The notes under the pieces were generated by a model. It saw nothing but the letters and a program-made list of their open reading frames with translations, had not been told where the DNA came from and did no database searches. From Singulisphaera sp. GP187 (GTDB lineage: Bacteria; Planctomycetota; Phycisphaerae; Phycisphaerales; SM1A02), in NCBI GenBank assembly GCA_945868805.1, contig CAMBMO010000004.1, positions 70,868-134,867 of the forward strand: a stretch of DNA of 64,000 bases, written 5' to 3'. Position 1 is the stretch's first letter, and every line of letters starts with the position of its first letter. Made by a program: the position numbers and the translations under genes. Shown piece after piece: positions 45,119-54,538 of the stretch.

Positions 45119-46717
45119 TCACGAGCCGCAAATTGGTCCCGCGCAGCGGACATCGTCGGACATCGCGAACTTCGCGTCATTCGTCCGGAACCGCTGCGCC
45201 AAATCCTTCGCCTTCGCGTCATAGGCAGACTTGTCCGCCCATGTGTTACGCGGGTCGAGTACTACACTCGGCACGCCTGCGACTGCAGTCGGCATTTGGA
45301 GACCGAAGATCGGATGCGTGGTCCAGGTTGCGCGACTGAGTGACCCGTCGAGAATCGCGGTCACGAATGCACGTGTGTAGGCGAGCTTGAATCGAGATCC
45401 GGTTCCGTACGGTCCGCCGGTCCATCCCGTATTTAGCAACCAGACATCGGATCGATGTGCTGCGATCCGGTCGCGGAGCAATTCCGCGTACCGCATCGGA
45501 GGGCGGGGCATGAACGGTCCACCAAAGCACGCAGAGAAATTTGGTTGTGGCTCGGTTACGCCCGCTTCGGTCCCCGCGAGTTTCGATGTGTAACCATTCA
45601 GGAAGTAATACATCGCCTGTTCTGGACTCAGCCGCGAGACCGGTGGGAGCACTCCGAATGCATCAGCGGTGAGGAAAATCACATTTCGTGGATGTTGTGC
45701 GACGCTGGGAATTCGCGCGTTTTTGATGTAAGAAACTGGGTAGGTGACGCGAGTGTTTTCGGTCTTCGCGGCACTGTCGTAATCGGGCACTCGCGTCGTT
45801 GGATCGACCACCGTGTTCTCGAGGACGCTGCCAAATCGAATCGCATCCCAGATTTCGGGCTCGCCTTCCCGAGTCAACTTAATGCACTTTGCGTAGCAGC
45901 CACCTTCCATGTTGAAGATCCCGCGCTCGCTCCAGCCGTGCTCGTCATCTCCAACGAGATCGCGATTTGGATCTGCGGAGAGAGTCGTTTTTCCAGTTCC
46001 GGACAATCCAAAGAAGAGCGCGACATTCGACGGATCCTTGCGGTCGACATTGCACGAGCAGTGCATCGGGAAGACATTCATGTCGGGAAGGTCGTAGTTC
46101 ATCGCGTAGAAGATCGACTTCTTGATCTCGCCCGCATAGCGCGTGCCGACGATGAGTACGGTTCGCTTCTCGAGACTCTGTGCAATGCAGATCGGGCTCT
46201 TCGCGCCATACTTTGCTGGATCATCGAGTCGAAGGCTTCCTGCGTCGATGATCGTCCAGTCCTGCTTCCAACTATTCAAGTCTGCCGGGGTCGCGTGAAT
46301 GAAAAGCGTGCGGGCAAAGAGGCTGTGCCAAGCCTCTTCGGTGAATACAGAGACTTTCAAACGAAACGCTGGATCAGCGCCCGAGTAACCGTCGAACCGA
46401 TAGAGATGCTCGCGACGACTCAACGAAGCCAATACCAATTTCTCGAGAGCATCGAAATGCTCCGGCGTCATCGGCTGATTCACCTTTCCCCAATCGATTG
46501 TTTCATGGATTGCCGGCGAGTCCTCCAAGAACTTGTCGCTCGGACTGCGTCCAGTCCGATCGCCCGTATCACAGGCCAACGCTCCATTGGCCGCAAGCGA
46601 TCCCTCACCGCGTTCGATCGCATGTTCGACCAAGACCGGCACCGAAAGATTGCTGAGAATCCTTGCGTTACCGAAAGCGTGGCGTTGCGAAGACGAAATC
46701 GCGGTCATGGTGCTCAT
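45119..46717 (-). CDS. pckA: Phosphoenolpyruvate carboxykinase (ATP)
   Basis: FFGLSGTGKTTLSADP, DDEHGW and the overall PckA pattern are present. Confidence 0.95.
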   Translation of the reverse strand: MSTMTAISSSQRHAFGNARILSNLSVPVLVEHAIERGEGSLAANGALACDTGDRTGRSPSDKFLEDSPAIHETIDWGKVNQPMTPEHFDALEKLVLASLSRREHLYRFDGYSGADPAFRLKVSVFTEEAWHSLFARTLFIHATPADLNSWKQDWTIIDAGSLRLDDPAKYGAKSPICIAQSLEKRTVLIVGTRYAGEIKKSIFYAMNYDLPDMNVFPMHCSCNVDRKDPSNVALFFGLSGTGKTTLSADPNRDLVGDDEHGWSERGIFNMEGGCYAKCIKLTREGEPEIWDAIRFGSVLENTVVDPTTRVPDYDSAAKTENTRVTYPVSYIKNARIPSVAQHPRNVIFLTADAFGVLPPVSRLSPEQAMYYFLNGYTSKLAGTEAGVTEPQPNFSACFGGPFMPRPPMRYAELLRDRIAAHRSDVWLLNTGWTGGPYGTGSRFKLAYTRAFVTAILDGSLSRATWTTHPIFGLQMPTAVAGVPSVVLDPRNTWADKSAYDAKAKDLAQRFRTNDAKFAMSDDVRCAGPICGS

Positions 46718-46817
46718 ACTGGACTCCTTTGTAGTGAGCGGTACAGGTTAGCACGGGGTTTGCGGAATTCGCTTTGCGAACTGCGCGTGATTTTTCTACT
46801 ATCTTGCGCCCTTGGTT

Positions 46818-46891
46818 GGCGGCCGTAGCTCAGTTGGTAGAGCGCCGGGTTGTGATCCTGGATGTCGCGGGTTCAAATCCCGTCGGTCGCC
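46818..46891 (+). tRNA. tRNA-His (anticodon GUG) with an encoded G-1
   Basis: The sequence is GGCGGCCGTAGCTCAGTTGGTAGAGCGCCGGGTTGTGATCCTGGATGTCGCGGGTTCAAATCCCGTCGGTCGCC. The extra 5' G pairs with discriminator C and no CCA is encoded. Confidence 0.9.
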
Positions 46892-46920
46892 CTCGTTGAG
46901 TCTCTCGTATCCTTTTCGCA

Positions 46921-47730
46921 ATGCGTTTTCATGCGATCCAGACCGATCCGATTTGGGAGGACCCACTTCCAAATCGGACGGCCATCGAACGAGCACTCGA
47001 CGTATGCGCCCCGAATGAGGGAGAGTTTGTCGTGCTCCCTGAACTATGCGAGACTGGATTCTCGATGCGGAGCGACCTCGCGGCGCATCCAGGGTCGGTC
47101 GCATGGGGTTCGCGACTCGCGAAAACTCACCGAATCTGGCTTCAATGCGGGATCGCGCGGGTCCATCCCGATGGTGGCATCGCCAACACAGCAACAATCT
47201 TCGATCCCAGTGGATCTGAGGTCGGGGTGTACGAAAAAACTTTTCTCTTCACTCCCGGTGGCGAACATCTTGCTTATCGACCAGGTCTTGGCGCGGTTGT
47301 CATCGATTGTGCCGGAGTCCGAATCGCTCCGATGATTTGTTACGACTTGAGGTTCCCAGAGTTATGGCGCCTAGCGCTTCTCGCAGGAGCGGAGGTTTTT
47401 ACGGTCGGCGCCTGTTGGCCAATGGCGAGATTAGCGCAGAAACATGCAATGATTGCTTCGCGAGCCATCGAAAATCAAGCGTGGATTGTCTCGGCCAACC
47501 GAACCGGAGACGAACCATCGACGCGTTATTCCGGAGGATCGACGATTGTCGATTTCGAAGGCGCAACAAAGGCGCTGCTCGGGAGCCACATCGGATTCAT
47601 TTCGCAAGAAATCGATTTGAATGAACTTCGCTCTTATCGGGCGAAGTTCCGAGTGATATCAGACATTCAGGAAAAATTTCTCGGACCTCCTCCGACGGGC
47701 GGGCAGTCGAAGTTCAGCGCCACGCATTGA
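46921..47730 (+). CDS. Carbon-nitrogen hydrolase (nitrilase superfamily)
   Basis: The Glu-Lys-Cys triad contexts VVLPELCETG, YEKTFLF and APMICYDLRFPE are present. Confidence 0.85.
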   Translation: MRFHAIQTDPIWEDPLPNRTAIERALDVCAPNEGEFVVLPELCETGFSMRSDLAAHPGSVAWGSRLAKTHRIWLQCGIARVHPDGGIANTATIFDPSGSEVGVYEKTFLFTPGGEHLAYRPGLGAVVIDCAGVRIAPMICYDLRFPELWRLALLAGAEVFTVGACWPMARLAQKHAMIASRAIENQAWIVSANRTGDEPSTRYSGGSTIVDFEGATKALLGSHIGFISQEIDLNELRSYRAKFRVISDIQEKFLGPPPTGGQSKFSATH

Positions 47731-47809
47731 CGAGCGACACAGACTTCGTAAACTTCCGATGCGTTCGAAGTGACGGTCGAGAAAGATCCTGCAGGAGCTT
47801 CCCAAAGAC

Positions 47810-48478
47810 ATGAGAACACTCGTCGTGAGATCGCCATCGTGTAACGCGCCTGGAAAGCTGCACACAAAAAGCCAACGCGAGGAATCCGAGTGTCTGACTC
47901 TCGAGCAACGGACAAACCTGCTCCGACGCGCGTACTTCGCGAGTTCTCGCGACCATCTCCGATGGGAAGTCGGGTTTGATCAGGTGCTATCGCAAGTCAC
48001 AGACATGAATTGGAGCTGGAAATCTCGGCCAGACCGATGGATCGAAGATGTTGTCGTCGCCTGCGCCTGCGTGCGAGGAGAGCAACTCGCTTGGCACCAG
48101 ATTCAACTCGTGAACACCTGGCGATTACGCGATGATGCGGAACTTCGACTGAATCCAGCTCAGGCGAGCCTCTTCGTGGAACGATTTTGGAGCGAGCTCC
48201 GACGAAACACACTCGCGCGCGATCTCGGGAGAACTCTCGATCGGCATCTGGAACGGAAGGAAACTCCCGTCGCCAACCTATCCAATCTTCGCATGCAGGA
48301 GTATCGCGGGTGCGAAACACTCACGCAATGGCTCAGGTCGCACGTTTTGTCGAGAATCGAAGCGCTTCCGCTGGGTTCTCGAGCAGATTTGAATGGCGAG
48401 ATTCTTGACACCATCCCACGATTGCGTAGGCTCGGGTTGAGTGCATCTCATTCATGTCGGGTGCCGCAGGCAACATAG
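47810..48478 (+). CDS. Hypothetical protein
   Basis: It is the only long ORF here and I recognise no motif. Its last 10 nt overlap the 5' end of tRNA-Phe. Confidence 0.35.
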   Translation: MRTLVVRSPSCNAPGKLHTKSQREESECLTLEQRTNLLRRAYFASSRDHLRWEVGFDQVLSQVTDMNWSWKSRPDRWIEDVVVACACVRGEQLAWHQIQLVNTWRLRDDAELRLNPAQASLFVERFWSELRRNTLARDLGRTLDRHLERKETPVANLSNLRMQEYRGCETLTQWLRSHVLSRIEALPLGSRADLNGEILDTIPRLRRLGLSASHSCRVPQAT

Positions 48479-48541
48479 CTCAGTTGGTAGAGCATCGCAT
48501 TGAAAATGCGAGTGTCCCCGGTTCAAGTCCGGGTGTTGCCA
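48469..48541 (+). tRNA. tRNA-Phe (anticodon GAA)
   Basis: The sequence is GGCAACATAGCTCAGTTGGTAGAGCATCGCATTGAAAATGCGAGTGTCCCCGGTTCAAGTCCGGGTGTTGCCA and no CCA is encoded. Confidence 0.9.
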
Positions 48542-49038
48542 TTCAGCGCATGGTTCGAACGGACAATTTGGACTCCCATCCCATCGATGGGATAGTGCGT
48601 CTGGAGTGCTTCCGCAAGCTCATGCGTATCGACGATGACGAAGAGCGCCGGGATGCCGAGAACTCCGCTTGCGAACCGAGACGCACGAGCGAGATGTCCT
48701 GGCGTTGTAGCCGCTGTCAGCGTTCCATGCTCAATCCGAAGAGGAAAGATGCGAAACTGCCAGGCTTGTCGTGCACTGATCAATGCGAGTGCCGCTGGAC
48801 TTGCGCATGCAAAGTCGGCGTCGAACGACGCAGCGAGTGCGCGATACTGGTCGACCCATGCGCCTTCGATGAACTCGGGATCGATTCCAAACATCTCCTC
48901 GCAGAGGACGCCGAATGGTCGACCAATCTGCGCCTGTCGTGCAAGGACCTCATCAACTTCGTGCTCACGCAAAAGCCCTTGCGCGACCAAAAGTTCGCCG
49001 AGTCGAGGAATGCGTGGATGAATGGTGACCGTTGACAT
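48523..49038 (-). CDS. Standalone GspE-N-terminal (T2SSE_N, MshEN-type) domain protein
   Basis: From the Met at 49038 the protein reads MSTVTIHPRIPRLGELLVAQGLLREHEVDEVLARQ, followed by ...LISARQAWQFRIFPLRIEHGTLTAATTPGHL...LGIPALFVIVDTHELAEALQTHY. This matches the T2SS ATPase N-terminal domain pattern without any ATPase domain. The ORF extends to 49458. Confidence 0.65.
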   Translation of the reverse strand: MSTVTIHPRIPRLGELLVAQGLLREHEVDEVLARQAQIGRPFGVLCEEMFGIDPEFIEGAWVDQYRALAASFDADFACASPAALALISARQAWQFRIFPLRIEHGTLTAATTPGHLARASRFASGVLGIPALFVIVDTHELAEALQTHYPIDGMGVQIVRSNHALNGNTRT

Positions 49039-49152
49039 CTGTCGGATCGTTCTTTCATGATCCTCATCGGACGACGCCAAAGCCGACTTTCGAAGAGTTC
49101 CAAGTTTTCGCGATTCGATCGTGGGTCCTGCGATTAGACTGATTTCCAGCCC

Positions 49153-50136
49153 TTGAAAACCACCAACCCTTCCCGCAGTTTCTTCGACACGGTTGCGCAG
49201 CGCTGGCTTGAGACTCATGCGGCGAGTGGGATGGGGCGCATGTCTGCGCGCCTCGCTCAATCCGCTCATCACGCGAGACTTCATACCTCGCTCCTTCGAG
49301 AAGTCCTGTTGGCAAGGAGGCTCAGTGCCCTGGGATTTGATGTTTTGAGCGAAGTACCAACCCCTCGAGGACGAACATGCGATCTCGTCGCGACCCGTGG
49401 CGAACTTGCGTTGCATATCCATGTCAAGTGCATGGACTCGAGCGATCGACCACACCAACTTCGTTCAACCAGGATCCCTGACGCAATCCGTGCACTCGAG
49501 CATGTCAGTCGACGATTGCTGGTCGAGGTGGAATGGAAACCAGGAATGAGTTCGCGCGCGCTCGATTCAACCGCCGAGCGACTGAGGTCGTTTCTGAATC
49601 GAGCCGCGGTCGGCGACGAATGTGTCGTGCGAAGCAACCGCGGGACCATTCGTGCGAGGTGCCGAGTTCGGTCCTCTCGGGATACCCAAGGCGTCGCGAT
49701 CATCGACGGAATCAGCGAAGACCCTCGTGCTTTGGTCGAACGCGCGCGCAGACTCCTTCGACGCGCTCGCGAACAGTTCCTGCCTGGCGGCGAAAACATC
49801 ATCGTCTGCTACGGGCCGAAGCAATTGCAATGGGTCTTCGAGCAGGCGTTGATGGGAATTCCAGTCGAACGATGGGATGAGTTTCCACGTCGCGGGGAAC
49901 GCGTCGCCCTCGGTTGCGCTGACGACGGATTCTGGAGAGGTTGTCGAATGCAAGCAAGGTCCGATGCCCGGGGAGTATCGCGCGGTCACACGAGCCGGAT
50001 CGTCGCTTGGGGATCGCTCGAATCGGCGCGGGACGACTCGATGGCGTGGATTCGTGCGGGTGTCGGCGACGAAACACGCTCGGCTTGTTCCGAGATCTTC
50101 CGGCAAATCCACCCGGTTCGTGGCGCAGAACGCTGA
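49153..50136 (+). CDS. Hypothetical protein
   Basis: Codon usage resembles the neighbouring genes and I recognise no family. The start is more likely the ATG at 49231. The stop abuts the hflX stop. Confidence 0.45.
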   Translation: MKTTNPSRSFFDTVAQRWLETHAASGMGRMSARLAQSAHHARLHTSLLREVLLARRLSALGFDVLSEVPTPRGRTCDLVATRGELALHIHVKCMDSSDRPHQLRSTRIPDAIRALEHVSRRLLVEVEWKPGMSSRALDSTAERLRSFLNRAAVGDECVVRSNRGTIRARCRVRSSRDTQGVAIIDGISEDPRALVERARRLLRRAREQFLPGGENIIVCYGPKQLQWVFEQALMGIPVERWDEFPRRGERVALGCADDGFWRGCRMQARSDARGVSRGHTSRIVAWGSLESARDDSMAWIRAGVGDETRSACSEIFRQIHPVRGAER

Positions 50137-51570
50137 CTATGCGCCATCGCCGACGAGGCGCTCGTGTGGCGGAATTCGGACCGCGGGAATTTCTTTCGGC
50201 GCAGGCCAGAGCTTGGAGATCGCCTCATGCACCGGGAGTCCGTCGATGACGAAGCGCGAGCCCATCGCAATAAGGTGCTCAACATGCCGCCGAGCGAGCT
50301 GGACGAGAAGGATCGCGTTCGTTTCGTCGTACTCCCGACTCACGACCGTGGCACGCGCCTCCAAGTAATCGACAGCCCTCCCATCGCGCATCGGGATGGA
50401 GACAGTCACTTCCCGGATCTCGCCGAGCAACTCCTGTCGCACACGCGCGCGAAGATCGTCGAAGCCGTCGCGTGTAAGTGCCGAGAGCGCGAACGACGAA
50501 GGCTCCTTGACGCTCCACTCTTTGAGCGAGCGGAGCGATTCACTCGGGGAGCGATTTTCTGCTTCCAACTTGTCCAACTTGTTCAAGACCACAATGCGAG
50601 GCTGGCCTTTCGCGCCGATCCCATCGAGCACTTCCCGAACGGTCGCAAGTTGTGCCGGGGAATCGACATCAGCGGCGTCGACCACCAAGAGCAGAAGGTG
50701 CGCGTGCACCGTTTCTTCGAGAGTCGCGCGGAAACTGGCAACGAGATGATGCGGTAGTCGCTGAATAAAGCCGACGGTGTCGGAAAGCATGACGGCGTTC
50801 CCACCACCAAGATTCCACGCCTCTGTTCGTGTCTGCAGTGTTGCGAAGAGTTTGTCGTTTGCAAACGCGCCGCCCTGCGTCAGGGCATTGAACAGCGTGC
50901 TCTTGCCTGCATTCGTGTACCCGACGATTCCCACCGTGAAATGCTCCGCGCGCCTCGCTTGAACTTCGCGGGTCTTGCGCGCCTGGACCTCCGAAAGTTC
51001 GCGCTTCAGCGCGACGATTCTCCTCGATACGAGTCGTCGATCGATTTCGATTTGCTGCTCGCCTGGGCCGCGAGTTCCAACCCCCATCGGCGAACCCCCG
51101 GTGACTTGTCCCAGATGCGACCACATTGCCCGCAGGCGCGGCGCGGTGTATTCGAGTTGCGCAATTTCCACCTGCAACTGCGCGGCTCTCGACGAGGCAC
51201 GATTCGCAAAGATGTCGAGGATCAATTCGCTTCGATCGATCACCTTGCAGCAGAGTTCCTTCTCGATGTTGCGAAGTTGGCTCGGGCTTAGGTCATGATC
51301 GAAAATAACGACGGCTGCACGGAGTTCTCTGACAACTGCGACCAATTCCTGAATCTTCCCTTTGCCGAGACACGTGCGTCCGTCCATGCCCTGTCTGTTC
51401 TGAATCAATTGCCCCACCGGAAGGACTCCAGCTGTTTCGGCAAGTGCGCGAAGTTCGCTCAGCGGATCGGAGCGACTGAGCGTGGCCTCATCCGAATTCA
51501 GAATGACCGCAGCCAAGATGGCGCGTTCAGACTGAATTGATGCACTGCGCAATCCTGTCTCCATGGGCAC
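50137..51570 (-). CDS. hflX: GTPase HflX
   Basis: The HflX N-domain pattern, G1 motif GYTNAGKSTLFNALT, DTVGF and NKLD are present. Confidence 0.92.
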   Translation of the reverse strand: MPMETGLRSASIQSERAILAAVILNSDEATLSRSDPLSELRALAETAGVLPVGQLIQNRQGMDGRTCLGKGKIQELVAVVRELRAAVVIFDHDLSPSQLRNIEKELCCKVIDRSELILDIFANRASSRAAQLQVEIAQLEYTAPRLRAMWSHLGQVTGGSPMGVGTRGPGEQQIEIDRRLVSRRIVALKRELSEVQARKTREVQARRAEHFTVGIVGYTNAGKSTLFNALTQGGAFANDKLFATLQTRTEAWNLGGGNAVMLSDTVGFIQRLPHHLVASFRATLEETVHAHLLLLVVDAADVDSPAQLATVREVLDGIGAKGQPRIVVLNKLDKLEAENRSPSESLRSLKEWSVKEPSSFALSALTRDGFDDLRARVRQELLGEIREVTVSIPMRDGRAVDYLEARATVVSREYDETNAILLVQLARRHVEHLIAMGSRFVIDGLPVHEAISKLWPAPKEIPAVRIPPHERLVGDGA

Positions 51571-51606
51571 GGAAGTCTACGCACCGATGGCGATACTCTG
51601 AGTCGC

Positions 51607-52647
51607 ATGGCGACGCAGGTCATCCTCGGCATTGAGAGCAGTTGCGATGAGACTTCCGCGGCCCTCGTTGGCGTTGAGGGCGAACATCTGCGAGTGCTCT
51701 CCTGCTCCACAGCAAGTCAAGATGATTTACACGAGGAGTATCGAGGGGTCGTGCCCGAAATTGCCAGTCGCGCCCATCTGGATCGGATGATCCCTGTGGT
51801 TCGACGCGCATGCGCCGAGGCCGGGGTCAAGCTTGGCGAGATCCACGGTGTTGCTGCTGGACATCGGCCTGGTCTGATCGGGTCGCTTCTCGTTGGATTG
51901 AGCACCGCCAAGTCGCTCGCCTGGTCGCTTGGCGTTCCCTTCGTCGGCGTCGATCATGTCGCCGCGCATCTCGTTGCGGCGTTACTTGATCGCTCTGCTG
52001 TTGAGTGGCCTGCCATCGGGCTTGTCGCGTCCGGCGGTCATACGAGCCTCTTCCGGATGCGGTCGCCACTCGAATTCGATCTGATCGGTGCGACGATCGA
52101 CGATGCGGCTGGCGAAGCATTCGACAAGGCGGCGTCCATCCTGGAACTCGGATACCCAGGAGGCGCCCGAATCGATGCGATCGCCGAGTCTGGCGACGCG
52201 ACCGTTCTTGATTTGCCAATGACACGATTGAAGGGTCTGGATTTCTCGTTCAGTGGAGTCAAGACAGCGCTTTCGCTCGCCGCGAGAGAGCCACAATACT
52301 TGGGTCGCTCCGCGGACCTCGCGGCGTCATTCCGCAAGGTGGTCGTAGGACAGATCATCCGCAACCTATCGCTCGCATTGGATGAGAATCCGACTCCATC
52401 GTGCCTCATCGGCGGCGGTGTCGCGGCGAATACCTTGCTTCGGAGCGAAGCGCTTCGGGTCTGCGGGGAGCGCAGAGTCGAGCTTCGAATCGCAGAACAT
52501 CGATGGTGCACGGACAATGCCGCGATGATCGCAGGCGCGGGAGCGCTTCGAATCGTGCGAGGCGAGTGCGACGGATGGGATCTCGCAGCGCAACCGCTCT
52601 CAGCAGTCGCCCGTGGCATGCGGGGACCTCAGGGGCGCAAGAGTTGA
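51607..52647 (+). CDS. tsaD: tRNA N6-adenosine threonylcarbamoyltransferase
   Basis: ILGIESSCDETSAALV, GVDHVAAHL and the overall Kae1/TsaD pattern are present. Confidence 0.95.
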   Translation: MATQVILGIESSCDETSAALVGVEGEHLRVLSCSTASQDDLHEEYRGVVPEIASRAHLDRMIPVVRRACAEAGVKLGEIHGVAAGHRPGLIGSLLVGLSTAKSLAWSLGVPFVGVDHVAAHLVAALLDRSAVEWPAIGLVASGGHTSLFRMRSPLEFDLIGATIDDAAGEAFDKAASILELGYPGGARIDAIAESGDATVLDLPMTRLKGLDFSFSGVKTALSLAAREPQYLGRSADLAASFRKVVVGQIIRNLSLALDENPTPSCLIGGGVAANTLLRSEALRVCGERRVELRIAEHRWCTDNAAMIAGAGALRIVRGECDGWDLAAQPLSAVARGMRGPQGRKS

Positions 52648-53213
52648 AACGGGAATCCGTCGATGCAGAATCCCTCGTGAATTCAGATTCGATACTGGTC
52701 TGTGCTCCGCATCCAGCGACACTTGACGAAGCACAGTTGATTCGCCAGTGCAAATTCTCCACTGGACGGGTCTCCGGACCTGGTGGCCAACATCGCAACC
52801 GCGTTGAGACAGCGGTGTTCGTAACACACGCCGTGACTGGCATCGAAGCGCAAGGAACTGAGCGTCGAAGCCAGATCATGAATCGTTCCATGGCGATCCA
52901 TCGACTGCGCGTCCTACTCGCGATCCTCGTTCGAACTCGGCCTGGGGATAGAAACCTTCAACCGAGTGCGCTTTGGTTGAGCCGTCGGCGCGACCGAGCA
53001 ATTCGTGTCAATATTGATCATTGGGATTATCCAGACATCCTCTCGGAGGCGCTCGATGCGGTCGATACATGCTCGTTCGATGTCGCCGCTACCGCAAAGA
53101 CGTTCGGGGTGTCGTCCAGCCAGCTGACTCGCTTCATCCGCACAAACAAACTTGCCGCGCGACGGATGAATGATTCTCGCACCACGCACGGGCTGCGACC
53201 GCTCCGCGATTGA
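52644..53213 (+). CDS. RF-1 (GGQ) domain protein, ArfB/peptidyl-tRNA-hydrolase-like, with an atypical C-terminal region
   Basis: The GGQ loop context is SGPGGQHRNRVETAV. The start is uncertain: a TTG at 52644 overlaps the tsaD stop, and a GTG lies at 52677. The ORF track begins inside tsaD. Confidence 0.65.
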   Translation: MKRESVDAESLVNSDSILVCAPHPATLDEAQLIRQCKFSTGRVSGPGGQHRNRVETAVFVTHAVTGIEAQGTERRSQIMNRSMAIHRLRVLLAILVRTRPGDRNLQPSALWLSRRRDRAIRVNIDHWDYPDILSEALDAVDTCSFDVAATAKTFGVSSSQLTRFIRTNKLAARRMNDSRTTHGLRPLRD

Positions 53214-53270
53214 TTGGCGAATTCTCTCCGACCGACCTCGGTCCCTACGCTCCTTCGGTACCCTTATGAG

Positions 53271-54482
53271 ATGAACGAAAATGGCGATCAATCGCGCTTG
53301 ATTCGAGAGTTGATCGAAGGAGAACTTCCGAGCCTCATCGCCCTCCGCCACGACCTGCACGCGCATCCAGAGATCGGCCACTGCGAAACTCGAACGTCCG
53401 CCACCGTCCAACGCGAATTATCAGCGGCGGGCGTCGAGTTTCAGTCGGGTGTGGGCGGAGGGACCGGAGTCCTCGCGCACATTTCTGGTTCCGACGGCGC
53501 GGCCATCGGTCTGCGCGCCGATCTGGATGCACTTCCGATTGCCGAAAGTACTGCGCTTCCTTATGCGTCGGTCTTCCCAGGCAAGATGCACGCGTGCGGA
53601 CACGATGGTCATACGACGATTCTGATCGGCGTTGCTCGGATCCTTGCGAAACTTGGACGAATCGCACCGTTGACTCGACCAGTGACCCTGCTTTTTCAGC
53701 CTGCGGAGGAGAATTTGGGTGGCGCATCAAAGATGATCGAGGACGGCTGTCTCGCTGGAAGACTCGGTCCGCCAGTGAGCGAAATCTACGGACTCCACTG
53801 TTGGCCATGGCTGCCAATTCGTTCTGTGGGGGTTCGCGACGGACCCATACTCGCGGCAACCGACTCGTTTACCGTCACCATTCACGGTCGAGGATCTCAC
53901 GCCGCATGGCCCCACCTCTCCAACGACCCGATTGTCGCGATCGCTTCGGTTATTACTGCGCTCCAGTCGATCGTCAGCCGCAACACTGATCCCGTCGACG
54001 CAGTCGTTGTCTCGGTCTGCACGATTCGCGCCGGCGACGCATTCAATGTCATTCCACAAGAGGGTGTGATCGGAGGGACAATGAGGACGCTCAGCGCGAG
54101 TTCGCGTGCATTGACTCTCAGACGCATCGAAGAGATTTCCGATCACGCGGCGAAGATGCATGATTGTTTCGCGACGGTGGAAATTCAACGGGGATGTCCC
54201 GCGACTATCAACGATCCCGTCGCGACTCGCTCGGTGCGTCGCGCGGTTGCGCAAATGGCAGGAACTCGACTGGTTGAAATGAAAGCCCCATTCATGGGTG
54301 GGGAGGATTTCGCTCACTATGGCGAAGCAATCCCCGCAAGTTTCTTCCTGCTCGGGATCCAAGATCTAGATGCACCGCCCTCTCCCCCGCTGCATCATCC
54401 GAAGTTTGATTTTAACGATTCCGCAATTGCGGTCGGCATCGAAGCGATGTGTCTGCTCGCGATCGGCAAACCATTGAATTGA
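53271..54482 (+). CDS. M20-family amidohydrolase (N-acyl-amino-acid amidohydrolase-like)
   Basis: LRHDLHAHPE, MHACGHDGHT and FQPAEE metal-ligand contexts are present. The ORF starts at 53214; I prefer the Met at 53271. Confidence 0.85.
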   Translation: MNENGDQSRLIRELIEGELPSLIALRHDLHAHPEIGHCETRTSATVQRELSAAGVEFQSGVGGGTGVLAHISGSDGAAIGLRADLDALPIAESTALPYASVFPGKMHACGHDGHTTILIGVARILAKLGRIAPLTRPVTLLFQPAEENLGGASKMIEDGCLAGRLGPPVSEIYGLHCWPWLPIRSVGVRDGPILAATDSFTVTIHGRGSHAAWPHLSNDPIVAIASVITALQSIVSRNTDPVDAVVVSVCTIRAGDAFNVIPQEGVIGGTMRTLSASSRALTLRRIEEISDHAAKMHDCFATVEIQRGCPATINDPVATRSVRRAVAQMAGTRLVEMKAPFMGGEDFAHYGEAIPASFFLLGIQDLDAPPSPPLHHPKFDFNDSAIAVGIEAMCLLAIGKPLN

Positions 54483-54538
54483 TCGCGAATCGTGCCTCTT
54501 TCGTTTGCCTCAACGATGTACTGGGGTACGATTGGGCG

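Noticed and set aside
45455-46828. 457-aa plus-strand ORF antisense to pckA
   Set aside because: pckA on the opposite strand is unambiguous. This ORF has a shadow-frame composition and runs into tRNA-His.
46818-50136. tRNA-associated genomic island between tRNA-His/tRNA-Phe and hflX
   Set aside because: I found no integrase or recombinase and no direct repeat of a tRNA 3' end. Composition does not obviously differ from the flanks by eye. Only the ORF/tRNA overlaps are kept as a finding.
49153-50136. PD-(D/E)xK nuclease assignment for the orphan protein (CDLV...HIHVK)
   Set aside because: The putative motif lacks the acidic residue before Lys and rests on one short segment, which is insufficient evidence.
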